From positions 21,407-85,406 of the IMG/VR virus record IMGVR_UViG_3300002220_000519: DNA of 64,000 nucleotides, one strand, 5' to 3'. Both the position numbers and the translations under genes were made by a program. Below the pieces are notes generated by a model. That model did not search any database, had not been told where the DNA came from, and was given only the letters and a program-made list of their open reading frames with translations. The DNA is from a virus. Lineage: Duplodnaviria > Caudoviricetes. Positions 16,985 through 26,337 of the stretch are shown here, in pieces (the stretch's first letter is position 1; each line of letters starts with the position of its first letter).

Positions 16985-16996
16985 GGATTAATTACT

Positions 16997-17296
16997 ATGG
17001 GCTTACCAACTACACTCAAAGTCAACGGGCATGTACTAAAAGTAGAGTATACAGACCTAGTTAAAGACCAAGGTATGGATAAAGTAGGCTATCTTCTTAT
17101 GGCGCAGAGTCTTATACGAATAGATAGAAACGTGAGCGAGCAGATACAGGAGCAAACTGTAGTTCATGAAGCTATGGAAGCAATCGACACAATGAATGAC
17201 TTGGGGCTAAACCACACACAAATTTCAGTAATAGCAGAGGCGTTTTATCAACTAATTAAAGACAACAAGCTAGAGTTTGGCCCAGGAAAGGAATAA
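16997..17296 (+). CDS. Small metallopeptidase-fold-like phage protein
   Basis: EQTVVHEAMEAI, a degenerate HExxH-like motif. Confidence 0.45.
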   Translation: MGLPTTLKVNGHVLKVEYTDLVKDQGMDKVGYLLMAQSLIRIDRNVSEQIQEQTVVHEAMEAIDTMNDLGLNHTQISVIAEAFYQLIKDNKLEFGPGKE

Positions 17297-17297
17297 A

Positions 17298-17576
17298 ATG
17301 AGGCAGCGCCTACATTGCAAACGTTGTACCTGGGACTGGTTCCCACGAAAGGAGCTAAGCCAAATCATACTTTGTCCTAATTGTAAGTCGCCATATTGGA
17401 ATAAAGATAGACTTGGTAGCCCAACGGCTGTATTAACAGTAAAAAGTAAGATTAAAGATGTTGTGTTAGAAGCCACTAAGCCGTTTTTAGGTATGACAGT
17501 TTCAGCACAAAATCTTATGGATCTACGCAACGCCTTGATTGTGGCGCTGTCAAAAGTAATAACAGACGATTCTTAA
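17298..17576 (+). CDS. Zn-ribbon protein (paralogue of 1168-1383)
   Basis: CKRCTWDWFPRK...ILCPNCKSPYWN; RBS AAAGGA. Confidence 0.65.
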   Translation: MRQRLHCKRCTWDWFPRKELSQIILCPNCKSPYWNKDRLGSPTAVLTVKSKIKDVVLEATKPFLGMTVSAQNLMDLRNALIVALSKVITDDS

Positions 17577-17588
17577 CATGGGAGCATT

Positions 17589-17618
17589 TTGTATTTAACC
17601 CCATGTCTGTGTTATAAT
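17589..17618 (+). promoter_or_regulatory. sigma70-type promoter for tRNA-Asp/Pro
   Basis: TTGTAT-18 bp-TATAAT with TGn, 13 nt before tRNA-Asp. Confidence 0.6.
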
Positions 17619-17631
17619 TATACATATAATA

Positions 17632-17711
<80 letters not shown>

Positions 17712-17784
17712 CGGGGTGTAGCACAGTTGGTAGCGCGTCTGGTTTGGGACCAGAAGGCCGTCCGTTCAAATCGGACCACCCCGA
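17712..17784 (+). tRNA. trnP: tRNA-Pro (TGG), no encoded CCA
   Basis: Acceptor CGGGGTG/CACCCCG, anticodon arm TCTGG-TTTGGGA-CCAGA, GTTCAAAT. Confidence 0.92.
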
Positions 17785-17795
17785 CATTTGAAAAG

Positions 17796-17883
17796 GCACG
17801 TTTCCGTTTTTACGGCGTGCAAGTGGCTCACGCCCGGTTCACCCGGGTATATCCCTTCACTGGTATATTACAATGAGCCACTT
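17796..17883 (+). ncRNA. Candidate structured RNA: hairpin plus three-way junction
   Basis: GCACG..CCGT/ACGG..CGTGC hairpin, then a 10-bp helix AAGTGGCTCA/TGAGCCACTT enclosing two stem-loops. Confidence 0.5.
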
Positions 17884-17915
17884 AGACTTACTTAAAATAT
17901 TATATATATATATAA

Positions 17916-18080
17916 ATGACAAGTGACCAAACTACATACTGCCCGGCCTGCGAGTGTCTACGGATTTCAGTTGTTGAGTCTGACATGCTTGGGTTTCAGC
18001 ACCATGTCTGTATTATCTGTCATGGTAAGCTTAACCCACAGTTAGTATCTCAAATCATCGATATCCCACATACCTGCTAA
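17916..18080 (+). CDS. 54-aa Zn-finger-like peptide
   Basis: CPAC...CIIC (my translation). Confidence 0.45.
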   Translation: MTSDQTTYCPACECLRISVVESDMLGFQHHVCIICHGKLNPQLVSQIIDIPHTC

Positions 18081-18251
18081 ATGATGACATGCTTACTTTG
18101 TCAACACTACTTTTATGATAGTATGAACCAAAAGCCATACTGTCGTAAAGTTGGTTGCGTTCTAAGTTTTAATTTTAATATAGACAATATATGTGAGCCT
18201 GATTGGTGCCCCCTAAAGGATAAGGATGAGCGACCAGAACACCAAAGATAA
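18081..18251 (+). CDS. 56-aa Cys-rich peptide
   Basis: CLLC..C..C..CEPDWCPL; follows the previous stop directly. Confidence 0.5.
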   Translation: MMTCLLCQHYFYDSMNQKPYCRKVGCVLSFNFNIDNICEPDWCPLKDKDERPEHQR

Positions 18252-19221
18252 TAAAGATACAAACATAGTCCCACCAACTGAACATACACAGCGGGTTATT
18301 CCTGCAATAGTTCTTGATCAGTTTGGTGGGCAGCGTGTTATTAATAATGGTAAGCTGGTTAAGAAATTAAATGCTGACCAGTTAGATGGAAAAGACGCTG
18401 ATGACTTCGCCACTAAAGATCACTCACACGAAATTCTCTCAGGAAAAGATGGTAAAGATGGAACAAAAGGAGAGAAAGGTGACAAGGGTGATAAGGGCGA
18501 GAAGGGCGATCGCGGGCCTATAGGCCCACAAGGCGCTAAGGGTGACAAAGGCGATAAAGGTGATCGTGGTGAGCACGGCCCAAAAGGCACTGATGGTAAA
18601 GATGGCACTGATGGTAAAGATGGTGCTACTGGTAAGACTGGTGTTCAGGGACCTAGGGGTAGTCAAGGACCACGCGGAGAAAAGGGAGACGGAGGGCCTG
18701 CTGGACAAGATGGTACAAACGGTAGGACAGGCCGCGAAGGTAAACCTGGTGTAAAAGGTGACCGTGGAGCCCGCGGTATAAGTATTGTTTGGCGCGGTGA
18801 GTGGGACCCAGATATTAAGTACCGTGTTAACGACGCTGTTGCACATAATGGCTCCTCATATATTTGTATTAAAGCCAATGAAGGCTTTGCACCACCAAAC
18901 GCAGAATACTGGGATCTACTAGCACAAAAGGGTAGATCTGGAAGTATGGGTATTGGCGCCGCCGGCCCACAAGGAACATCCGGTGCTGCTGGTAGAGACG
19001 GCGTTGATGGTACACCTGGATTGATTTGGCAGAGCGACTGGGACAACACAACAGGGTATGTAGTGGGTGACGCAGTAAGCTACAACGGTTCTTCGTATAT
19101 TTGCATTTATAGTCATACTAATAAACTTCCCACAAATGAAACATTCTGGGATACACTTGCCGAGGCCGGGACTGATGGTAGCGCTGATTCTAAAGCTTTA
19201 CTTTACGCAATGTTATTTTAG
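18226..19221 (+). CDS. Collagen-like fibre protein with two CBM5/12-like repeats
   Basis: About 37 consecutive Gly-X-Y triplets; WxxxxxYxVxDAVxxNGSSYICI twice; N-terminal LNADQLDG motif. Confidence 0.85.
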   Translation: MSDQNTKDNKDTNIVPPTEHTQRVIPAIVLDQFGGQRVINNGKLVKKLNADQLDGKDADDFATKDHSHEILSGKDGKDGTKGEKGDKGDKGEKGDRGPIGPQGAKGDKGDKGDRGEHGPKGTDGKDGTDGKDGATGKTGVQGPRGSQGPRGEKGDGGPAGQDGTNGRTGREGKPGVKGDRGARGISIVWRGEWDPDIKYRVNDAVAHNGSSYICIKANEGFAPPNAEYWDLLAQKGRSGSMGIGAAGPQGTSGAAGRDGVDGTPGLIWQSDWDNTTGYVVGDAVSYNGSSYICIYSHTNKLPTNETFWDTLAEAGTDGSADSKALLYAMLF

Positions 19222-19227
19222 GTAGTA

Positions 19228-19539
19228 ATGATAGCATCAACAATGATAACTAGTAACGATACAAACCTACTGGTGGTTCCTGTAGGTAAAGTATACGCTA
19301 TAGTGTCTTCTCACTTTTGTAATACGTCCCTTACTACTGAAAGTATTACTGTATATGTTGTGCCATCTGGTGGAAGTCCAAGTAGTACTAACATGATTCT
19401 TAAAAACCTGTCCATTATCAAAGAAGATACATACATTCCAGACTTTAGCAGGATGGTTCTGTCCGCCGGTGATAAAATAGTAGCAAGAGGTATTATGGGA
19501 AATATGGTTGCTTCTACCATCAGTTATCTGGAGGTATAA
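19228..19539 (+). CDS. Small putative virion structural protein
   Basis: FCNTS..ITVYVVPSGGS...MVLSAGDKIVA, a pattern I recognise from small phage virion proteins. Confidence 0.6.
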   Translation: MIASTMITSNDTNLLVVPVGKVYAIVSSHFCNTSLTTESITVYVVPSGGSPSSTNMILKNLSIIKEDTYIPDFSRMVLSAGDKIVARGIMGNMVASTISYLEV

Positions 19540-19541
19540 AA

Positions 19542-19787
19542 ATGCCATTATTTGTTAAAGAAGCGCTACTGGTAGCGCCAAAAGTCTTTGCAGTTCGATA
19601 CGAACAGGTTGATGACACTACTTCATATATTGGTGAAGGAGAGGTAGGAACCTTAGATAGCGCAACTACTTGGCGTATTAAAAAGATTGTCACAGACGTA
19701 GATGGAAATATTACAATAACTTGGGCCGGCGGTACAGCGTACTTTAACAAAGAATGGGATGAACGCCTAAACTATACATATAGTTAA
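19542..19787 (+). CDS. Conserved small phage protein
   Basis: YIGEG....SATTWRIKKI...TWAGG...FNKEWDER..Y pattern. Confidence 0.6.
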   Translation: MPLFVKEALLVAPKVFAVRYEQVDDTTSYIGEGEVGTLDSATTWRIKKIVTDVDGNITITWAGGTAYFNKEWDERLNYTYS

Positions 19788-19807
19788 CAACTTACAGTAG
19801 CTTAAAT

Positions 19808-20011
19808 ATGCTAGGAATAGTTTGCGCCATAGAGGACCAATGGAACTATACACTTACTGATAGGGATATTGATGTCTTACAGATGTATAGTGAATCCGCT
19901 GGAATTTTAGGAGCAGACTTCCTGGCAGTAATTGATAGGACCTCAGTCGGTATATTTCATAATGGTGACAACGATAGGATACCGTTTAGTGTGTATAGCT
20001 CACAAACATAA
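19808..20011 (+). CDS. Hypothetical protein
   Basis: 67-aa ORF in the operon. Confidence 0.45.
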   Translation: MLGIVCAIEDQWNYTLTDRDIDVLQMYSESAGILGADFLAVIDRTSVGIFHNGDNDRIPFSVYSSQT

Positions 20012-20026
20012 TATTGGAAATTTATA

Positions 20027-21615
20027 ATGGCTGGTACGGTAACAACAGACTTATTGTTTTTTACGGGGGCTACCACCGGCTCTTCGTCTTGTGATAATCT
20101 TACTGATTGGACTGGTACCCCAGCGCCCTCTCTAGATATAGCGCAGTTTGTTCAGGGGGCTGGTGCATTGCTAAGCTACAACGCTGCCTCTACCACATCG
20201 AGAACTTTTATATTTACGTCTGTAGCAACCAGCGTTCAGGGTAAGGCCGTATATTTTTGGTTTTCTGTCGGCAAGGTTAGCTTTCTTAATACAAGGGACG
20301 CCGGAGGACTTAGGATTACTCTTGAGAGCACGGTTGGTAATAATGCTACGTGGTACGTTGCTGGAAGCGATACACTACCACATAACGGGTTTATTTGCCA
20401 CGCGGTTGATACCTCAGTTACTCCAGACGCTACTACCGGTACTGTAAATTTAGCCTCTATCACAAAAGTTACTGTCACTGCCACTGGGGCGTTTCCTGGA
20501 AAAGCTAATTGCTGGGTAGATGCAATAAGAACTGGCACTAAAGTTATTATTGAGGCAGGTACGGCTGGAGCTCCCGCAACATTTGACGATATTATCGAGG
20601 CAGAAAAAACAACAGCAAATAGATGGGGAGTGGTAGAGGATGTTGGTGGTCTCTGCTCATCCAAGGTAAGATAGCTATTGGAAAAAGTACTCAAACTGCA
20701 ACAACGTACTTCTCTGATACAAACAAAGTACTTATCTTTAAAAACGCTAAGTTCTCGTCTTCGTTCTACTCCATCGGTATTGTAGGCGCATCTTCTTATG
20801 CAACGGTTGCGTACTTCGGAACAACCTCTGGTGATAGTGGGCTGTCTGGCTGTGTTTTTAGGCTAGCTAGCTTAACTCAAACCCCAATCTTTACATTTAC
20901 TGCTACAGACACATACATAACAAACTTTGGCTTATATGGCTGTTCATTTCTTGGGGCGGGAGCCATTTCTTTTCCCGAGTATAATACTAACAAGAAAGTA
21001 CTTAATAGTACTTTTGAGGCCTGCGCGGAAATAGTACCAAGTACCTGCACCGTAACTAACTGCAACTTCGTATCTGCAGCTGCTCATGCTATGCAAATGA
21101 GCTCTACATCTCACCAGGTTACATCCTCTAACTTTATTGGATGCTCTCGTGGTGTTCATCTTGATACGGCTGGCACATATACATTTAACGCACTTAAGTT
21201 TACTAGCAATACTTACGATATAACCAACTCTACGGCAAGCGCTCTTATCGTTAATGCTACTAATTTGGCTAACCCATCATCTGTTGAAAATACTGGCGGC
21301 GGCTCTGTAACAATTAATAACGCCGTTACTCTTGAGGTAAACGGTGTTAAGACTGGCTCAGAGCCGACAAACTACGTACGATGTCGTATAGAGAAGGTTA
21401 GCGATGGGGCCGCCCTGATGAACGAAGAAGCCCAAACTAGTTATGGCTCTGCGGGGTATTATAAAGCAACTGAGAGTTATAACTACGCTGGTGACCTTGA
21501 TGTAAGAATTATAGCTAGGTATAAAGGTTATTTACCGTTTACAACTACTGGCACCATCACTAGCGCTGGTTTAACAGTTACCGCCGTATGGATAGCGGAC
21601 CCAAATTATACTTAA
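20027..21615 (+). pseudogene. Beta-helix-like virion protein split by a 1-nt frameshift at about 20651 (pseudogene or assembly error)
   Basis: Frame 1 ends WGVVEDVGG; frame 2 continues LLIQGKIAIG; GGT GGT CT CTG CTC lacks one base. Confidence 0.65.
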
Positions 21616-21627
21616 TAGGAGAATCTT

Positions 21628-22047
21628 ATGAAAAACTGGAAGAAGAAAGAGCAAGTCAAGCAGGTTGTTCCTATTGAGTTGCCAAAAGAAGAACCAAAAA
21701 CAATAATTCCTCTAGCCACTGTTTATACAGAGGCAGAATTAGCTTCATTTCACGCAGAGATAGCTAAGCGTGGTTTTCTTGATAGCAAGAAACTTTTCTA
21801 CAAAGCCATTCAAAAGAACCCAGAAGTCTTAACTCCAGAAGAGGTAAGAGCACTTATATTCCGTATGGGCTTTCTAAGCGACACTGAAAGATACAAATTC
21901 AGAAATATATTGGTTTTGGAAAATCTTACTACTGAAGAAGAGAGTAGATTTAGAAAACTATATAATAAACAGCTATTCGAGAAATATTTCCCGCATAAGG
22001 ACAAAGTCGAAGAGCACTATAAAATTAATTTCCTGGCAGGAAGATAA
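21628..22047 (+). CDS. Hypothetical helical protein
   Basis: RBS AGGAG; 139 aa. Confidence 0.6.
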   Translation: MKNWKKKEQVKQVVPIELPKEEPKTIIPLATVYTEAELASFHAEIAKRGFLDSKKLFYKAIQKNPEVLTPEEVRALIFRMGFLSDTERYKFRNILVLENLTTEEESRFRKLYNKQLFEKYFPHKDKVEEHYKINFLAGR

Positions 22048-22074
22048 ACAAACTAACATCGGAGGATACCCCAA

Positions 22075-23742
22075 ATGGCCATAATTGATGATATTGCTAT
22101 TGATACGGTTAATAAGATTATTAGCCGGTCAGCTAGCCCATCTGCAACAGTATATAGCGTAAACGCGCTGTACTCTGTTCTGATGGACCAGTTTGATGAG
22201 TTGACAGCATTGGATGACACAGTGCCTATGTCAGCTCAGACTCCTACCTCATATACCATGACAAACGGTTGGTATATACAAGAAGCCTTAACCAAGTACC
22301 TTAATGGTGGTGCTATTCAGACCAGTGGCTATGATAACGTAATTCATACATTAGTTCTAGATGGTACCTACACCTCAGCAATTACCAGCGATATTGGAAA
22401 ACAAGTAACTGATGACGCTACCCCAGTTGGCGCTTTACTGGATTATGATAATACACTACAAAAGTGGTGGATTCGTACTGGTAGCGCAACTCCAATAGCC
22501 GACAACTCAGTTATGGCTATTGCAACTGGAACTGGAGCAGGAACTGCTCTTGGTGCTTCAGTTGAGGGTGAAACAATATTTGCTAACCCCTACACCCTAG
22601 GTACCCTAGAAGGAACTCCGCCAATCTATATTTTCCAGGCAGGCGAAAAGCTTACATCTTGGTGGTCAGATGGGCACTTTGACATTCTTGTTAAGGTTCG
22701 TGAGGCTAGTGTAGACATAGATAGCAAGAAAATCACTGTGTTCTCCCGTGTGTGGACTGACTTGTACGACAACTTCAATATCACACTAACAACAGCCGGC
22801 CAGAACGCCGTGCCTCTAGGTACGTTCAATGACCTGAACAACCAGAGTACTATCGGTGATGTAGAGGATTTACAAGATGGCACAGTAGCAGACATTGCTA
22901 TTGACTTTAGCTTCACTTCCCCATTCTCCTATGATATTGGAGACGGCGCCGGGCCACAGAACTATAACGTGCAGATTGACGCCGACGGCCGTAGATTATC
23001 TGACGTATATGAAGTCTGTAAATACTGGACTGCGGAGGATTCTACAAAGCAATTAGAGACCAACAGCGATGGAAACTTCGTTGATGGCGAAGAGTATCGT
23101 TATGCCAAAGATACCTACGCAGAAGTAAAGGCTTCTCCACTAGGTACATTCGCTGGCGGTAAGTTCTTCGGTGCTCGTGGTATATACTTTACAAATCTAC
23201 ATGCAGATGACGCTCAGTCATTTCAGCTGGTAGACGCAGCTGGCGTAACCCGCAACCCACCAAACTATCAGGCGTTTACCGTAACAGGTCTGGTAGCGGG
23301 TGACCGTGTTGCAGTATATCCAGCATCCGGTGGTGACGTAAGCAAGACTCAGTATTCGCTAAGCGGCTCAAACCCACTAAACAAGATTACTGTAAGCGTT
23401 GCAATTCCAGTAGACACTCCGGCTGCAGGAACAATTATTGTTGTAGATGACGATAGTACAGAAACTGCGTATGCTTATACATCATGGTCTGGAAGCGACT
23501 TCAACGTCACTATTTCTGCCGGTGTATACTCGGGAACAGAAACAGCCTATGTACCCTACATCTATGCTGAAGCTTCTGGCGCATCAGTGTCTGAAACAAC
23601 GACAATCTATGTATCAGACAAATCTGTTATTACAAAGGTGCGCAAGGCAGGCATTCTACCATTTACTACTACCGGTACTTATAGCGCAACTGGATACTCA
23701 GCAACCGCTATTCGTACTACAGACAGTATCTACACTCCGTAA
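22075..23742 (+). CDS. Putative virion structural protein, 555 aa
   Basis: Acidic and Thr-rich; C-terminal LPFTTTGT module shared with 20623-21615; RBS GGAGG. Confidence 0.65.
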   Translation: MAIIDDIAIDTVNKIISRSASPSATVYSVNALYSVLMDQFDELTALDDTVPMSAQTPTSYTMTNGWYIQEALTKYLNGGAIQTSGYDNVIHTLVLDGTYTSAITSDIGKQVTDDATPVGALLDYDNTLQKWWIRTGSATPIADNSVMAIATGTGAGTALGASVEGETIFANPYTLGTLEGTPPIYIFQAGEKLTSWWSDGHFDILVKVREASVDIDSKKITVFSRVWTDLYDNFNITLTTAGQNAVPLGTFNDLNNQSTIGDVEDLQDGTVADIAIDFSFTSPFSYDIGDGAGPQNYNVQIDADGRRLSDVYEVCKYWTAEDSTKQLETNSDGNFVDGEEYRYAKDTYAEVKASPLGTFAGGKFFGARGIYFTNLHADDAQSFQLVDAAGVTRNPPNYQAFTVTGLVAGDRVAVYPASGGDVSKTQYSLSGSNPLNKITVSVAIPVDTPAAGTIIVVDDDSTETAYAYTSWSGSDFNVTISAGVYSGTETAYVPYIYAEASGASVSETTTIYVSDKSVITKVRKAGILPFTTTGTYSATGYSATAIRTTDSIYTP

Positions 23743-23752
23743 GGAATAATCT

Positions 23753-25798
23753 GTGGCAATAACCTTTGACAGGTTAAATAAGCACATCGTAGTCGGTGCG
23801 CCTACCACAGAAGTGACAGTCCAGCAGTTGCTCAACGCTATTCGTGATTACGAGGACGAGTTGAGCAACCTGGACATTCACTATCTTGCTGATGCCTATG
23901 GGAAGCAGCCTCTTGGAGGAGACACTTATGTAGGCATCACGCTTGTTCTATTGGATGGATGGTTGATTAAGTTTGAGGATAGACTTGGGCCTGATTATAT
24001 CTCCTGTAAGATTTCTGGCGGTAATATTCTAGCCTATGATGAATTTGGTGTAGTTAGACAGGACCCAGTTACAAGCAGTGACTTTGTATTCGTAACGTAT
24101 ACCTCATCTTCATCTGCCACGCTTACTGAACAGGCGTCTATTCAATACGCTTCGTTTAATGGTGGTGTTACTATAGACATTTTAAACGGAGAACCTGGCA
24201 CTTCGTTTCCACACGGCACTCCTCAGCTCCCTGTAGACAATCTTGCAGATGCTATGACTATTGCTACGACTAGAGGATTCCCAACTATATTTGTAGTTGG
24301 AGACTTAGTTGTAGATAATGGTGGTGACTATAGTGGAATGCAGTTTATAGGGACATCTACCACTAAGAGTCACATTACAATCGACCCAGATGCTAATGTT
24401 TTAAACTGTGAGTTCTTTGAGGCTACTATAGACGGAACGCTTGATGGAAACGCCCAGCTTCGTGACTGTCGTATATTAGACCTTAACTACATCAACGGCG
24501 TAGTAGAGTCTTGTCTTCTTGGTCCTGGAACAATAGTACTTGGTGGTGGTTCAGAGGCTCACTTTATAGATTGCTGGTCTGGTATAGCTACTGATGTTTC
24601 TTATCCAACTATAGACTGCGGTGGAACCGGTCAGACTTTAGCTATGAGAAACTATAATGGTGAGATTAAGATTATAAACAAAACAGGTCCAGAGAACATA
24701 ACCATTGACTTAGTCGCAGGAAAAGTTATACTAGACTCAACTGTTACTGATGGAGACGTAGTAGTTCGCGGTATTGGAACCTTGATAGACAATAGTACTG
24801 CAAACACAGTTGACAGCACCACTCTTCTAAATAGTGCTCTTATCTCTGAGACTGTGTACCAGACTGTTGGAGAGGAAATACAGAGGGCGTCGTTTGCTGA
24901 TAAGATTTGTCTTGACGTAATAGACGGTGAGGCAGGGACCTCATTCCCGCACGGTACTGCCATCTTACCGGTAAATAATATAGAGGATGCCGTTGCTATT
25001 GCTGCCGCTCGTGGTATTAAGACAATTCATATCCACGGTGACTATACTTTTGGTGCAACTGTTTCACTGTCTCACTTGAATATTCGTGGAGATGGAAGAG
25101 AGCATTACACGCTTACCTTTACTACCGGGTGTATATTAGCTTATTGTACAGTTGAAAACGCCGAGTGTACTGGAGCTAGCTTTGGTATAGTTCACTATGA
25201 AAGGTGCAGTCTAACAAACTATGGTAGCAGCGGCTTAATCCCCAGCTCTGCACACGTTGTTTTAATAGACTGTGTTATTGGCGGAAACATGCCAATTCCA
25301 GCCAACTATACTGGCCGACTAGAAGCCATAAACTGCTCATCCGATAATGCTGTTCCTGCTGATGTTCCGACAATAGACTTTAACGGTAACGGTATGCAGT
25401 TCATCATAAGAAACTTCTCTGGATGTATAATGCTTAAAAACTGCACTAATTCAGCAGCAGAGGTAGCCTTAGATGTTCAGTCCGCTGGTATTCTAATAGA
25501 CAGTTCTTGTACTGCAGGAACAATATTAGCCCGCGGTGTTGGTATGATAGTAAATAATAGCTCACTTACAATTAATGATTATGGCTTTATATCTAACCCA
25601 AGTATTGCTAGCGCTGCCTGGGATTCTATGATAGCAGACCACTTAGACGCTGGTTCTACTGGTAAGGCTCTAAGTGATGCAGGGTCCGCAGGTAATCCAT
25701 GGGGTTCGCCTATTACAGGGAACACAAGCCCCGGTACGTTCGGAGAATTAGTAGCTAAGAAATTACTAAAATTTGCAACATGGATAGGACTAAAGTAG
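23753..25798 (+). CDS. Putative virion beta-helix protein with a 246-aa internal duplication
   Basis: GTG start, RBS AAGGA; GTSFPHGT at 24197 and 24935. Confidence 0.65.
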   Translation: MAITFDRLNKHIVVGAPTTEVTVQQLLNAIRDYEDELSNLDIHYLADAYGKQPLGGDTYVGITLVLLDGWLIKFEDRLGPDYISCKISGGNILAYDEFGVVRQDPVTSSDFVFVTYTSSSSATLTEQASIQYASFNGGVTIDILNGEPGTSFPHGTPQLPVDNLADAMTIATTRGFPTIFVVGDLVVDNGGDYSGMQFIGTSTTKSHITIDPDANVLNCEFFEATIDGTLDGNAQLRDCRILDLNYINGVVESCLLGPGTIVLGGGSEAHFIDCWSGIATDVSYPTIDCGGTGQTLAMRNYNGEIKIINKTGPENITIDLVAGKVILDSTVTDGDVVVRGIGTLIDNSTANTVDSTTLLNSALISETVYQTVGEEIQRASFADKICLDVIDGEAGTSFPHGTAILPVNNIEDAVAIAAARGIKTIHIHGDYTFGATVSLSHLNIRGDGREHYTLTFTTGCILAYCTVENAECTGASFGIVHYERCSLTNYGSSGLIPSSAHVVLIDCVIGGNMPIPANYTGRLEAINCSSDNAVPADVPTIDFNGNGMQFIIRNFSGCIMLKNCTNSAAEVALDVQSAGILIDSSCTAGTILARGVGMIVNNSSLTINDYGFISNPSIASAAWDSMIADHLDAGSTGKALSDAGSAGNPWGSPITGNTSPGTFGELVAKKLLKFATWIGLK

Positions 25799-25868
25799 GA
25801 CTGGTGGTGTAACGGCAGCGCGCGTCTCTGATAAGGACGTAGAGAAAGTTCGATTCTTTCCCGGTCCA
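25798..25868 (+). tRNA. trnI: tRNA-Ile (GAT), no encoded CCA
   Basis: Acceptor GGACTGG/CCGGTCC, loop CTGATAA, T-arm GAAAG-TTCGATT-CTTTC. Confidence 0.85.
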
Positions 25869-25876
25869 CACTAAAT

Positions 25877-26326
25877 ATGCCAACAATCGATAATATCATA
25901 GTAGTACAGCTCGCCAACGGGAAGCAGGTAACACTGAACGTTGGTCAGTTGGTTCGTAATCTTAATGCTGATAAGCTTGATGGTTACGACGCAAGTGCTT
26001 TTGCAGTCAAGGACCATACTCATGATGTTAGTGGCGGCGGTGGGCTTGGTGATAGTAACCTTATCTTTGAGATTCCAACTGGTGCGGTTAATAGTATAAA
26101 CCTGCTATACACTGTTAGCTATCGATATATTAGTGGCACTCTCATGGTATGGCTTAATGGGCTTAAATTACGACGTGGACTAGATTTTCTAGAAGACGAT
26201 GGACAACTTTCTTTTAGGATGACAGAGCCACCAAGTAACGTTGGTATGACGGACCTATTAGAGATAGCCTATATTATTTATCCCACTGACGAGCGCTATC
26301 TAATTCCTCTCACACAAACCAATTAG
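25877..26326 (+). CDS. Small fibre-associated virion protein
   Basis: LNADKLDG and EIPTGAVNSINLLYT..VWLNG modules shared with neighbouring fibre proteins. Confidence 0.65.
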   Translation: MPTIDNIIVVQLANGKQVTLNVGQLVRNLNADKLDGYDASAFAVKDHTHDVSGGGGLGDSNLIFEIPTGAVNSINLLYTVSYRYISGTLMVWLNGLKLRRGLDFLEDDGQLSFRMTEPPSNVGMTDLLEIAYIIYPTDERYLIPLTQTN

Positions 26327-26337
26327 GGGTATATATA

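Noticed and set aside
17900-17915. (TA)n microsatellite
   Set aside because: Short AT-rich stretch in a likely promoter region; no evidence of function.
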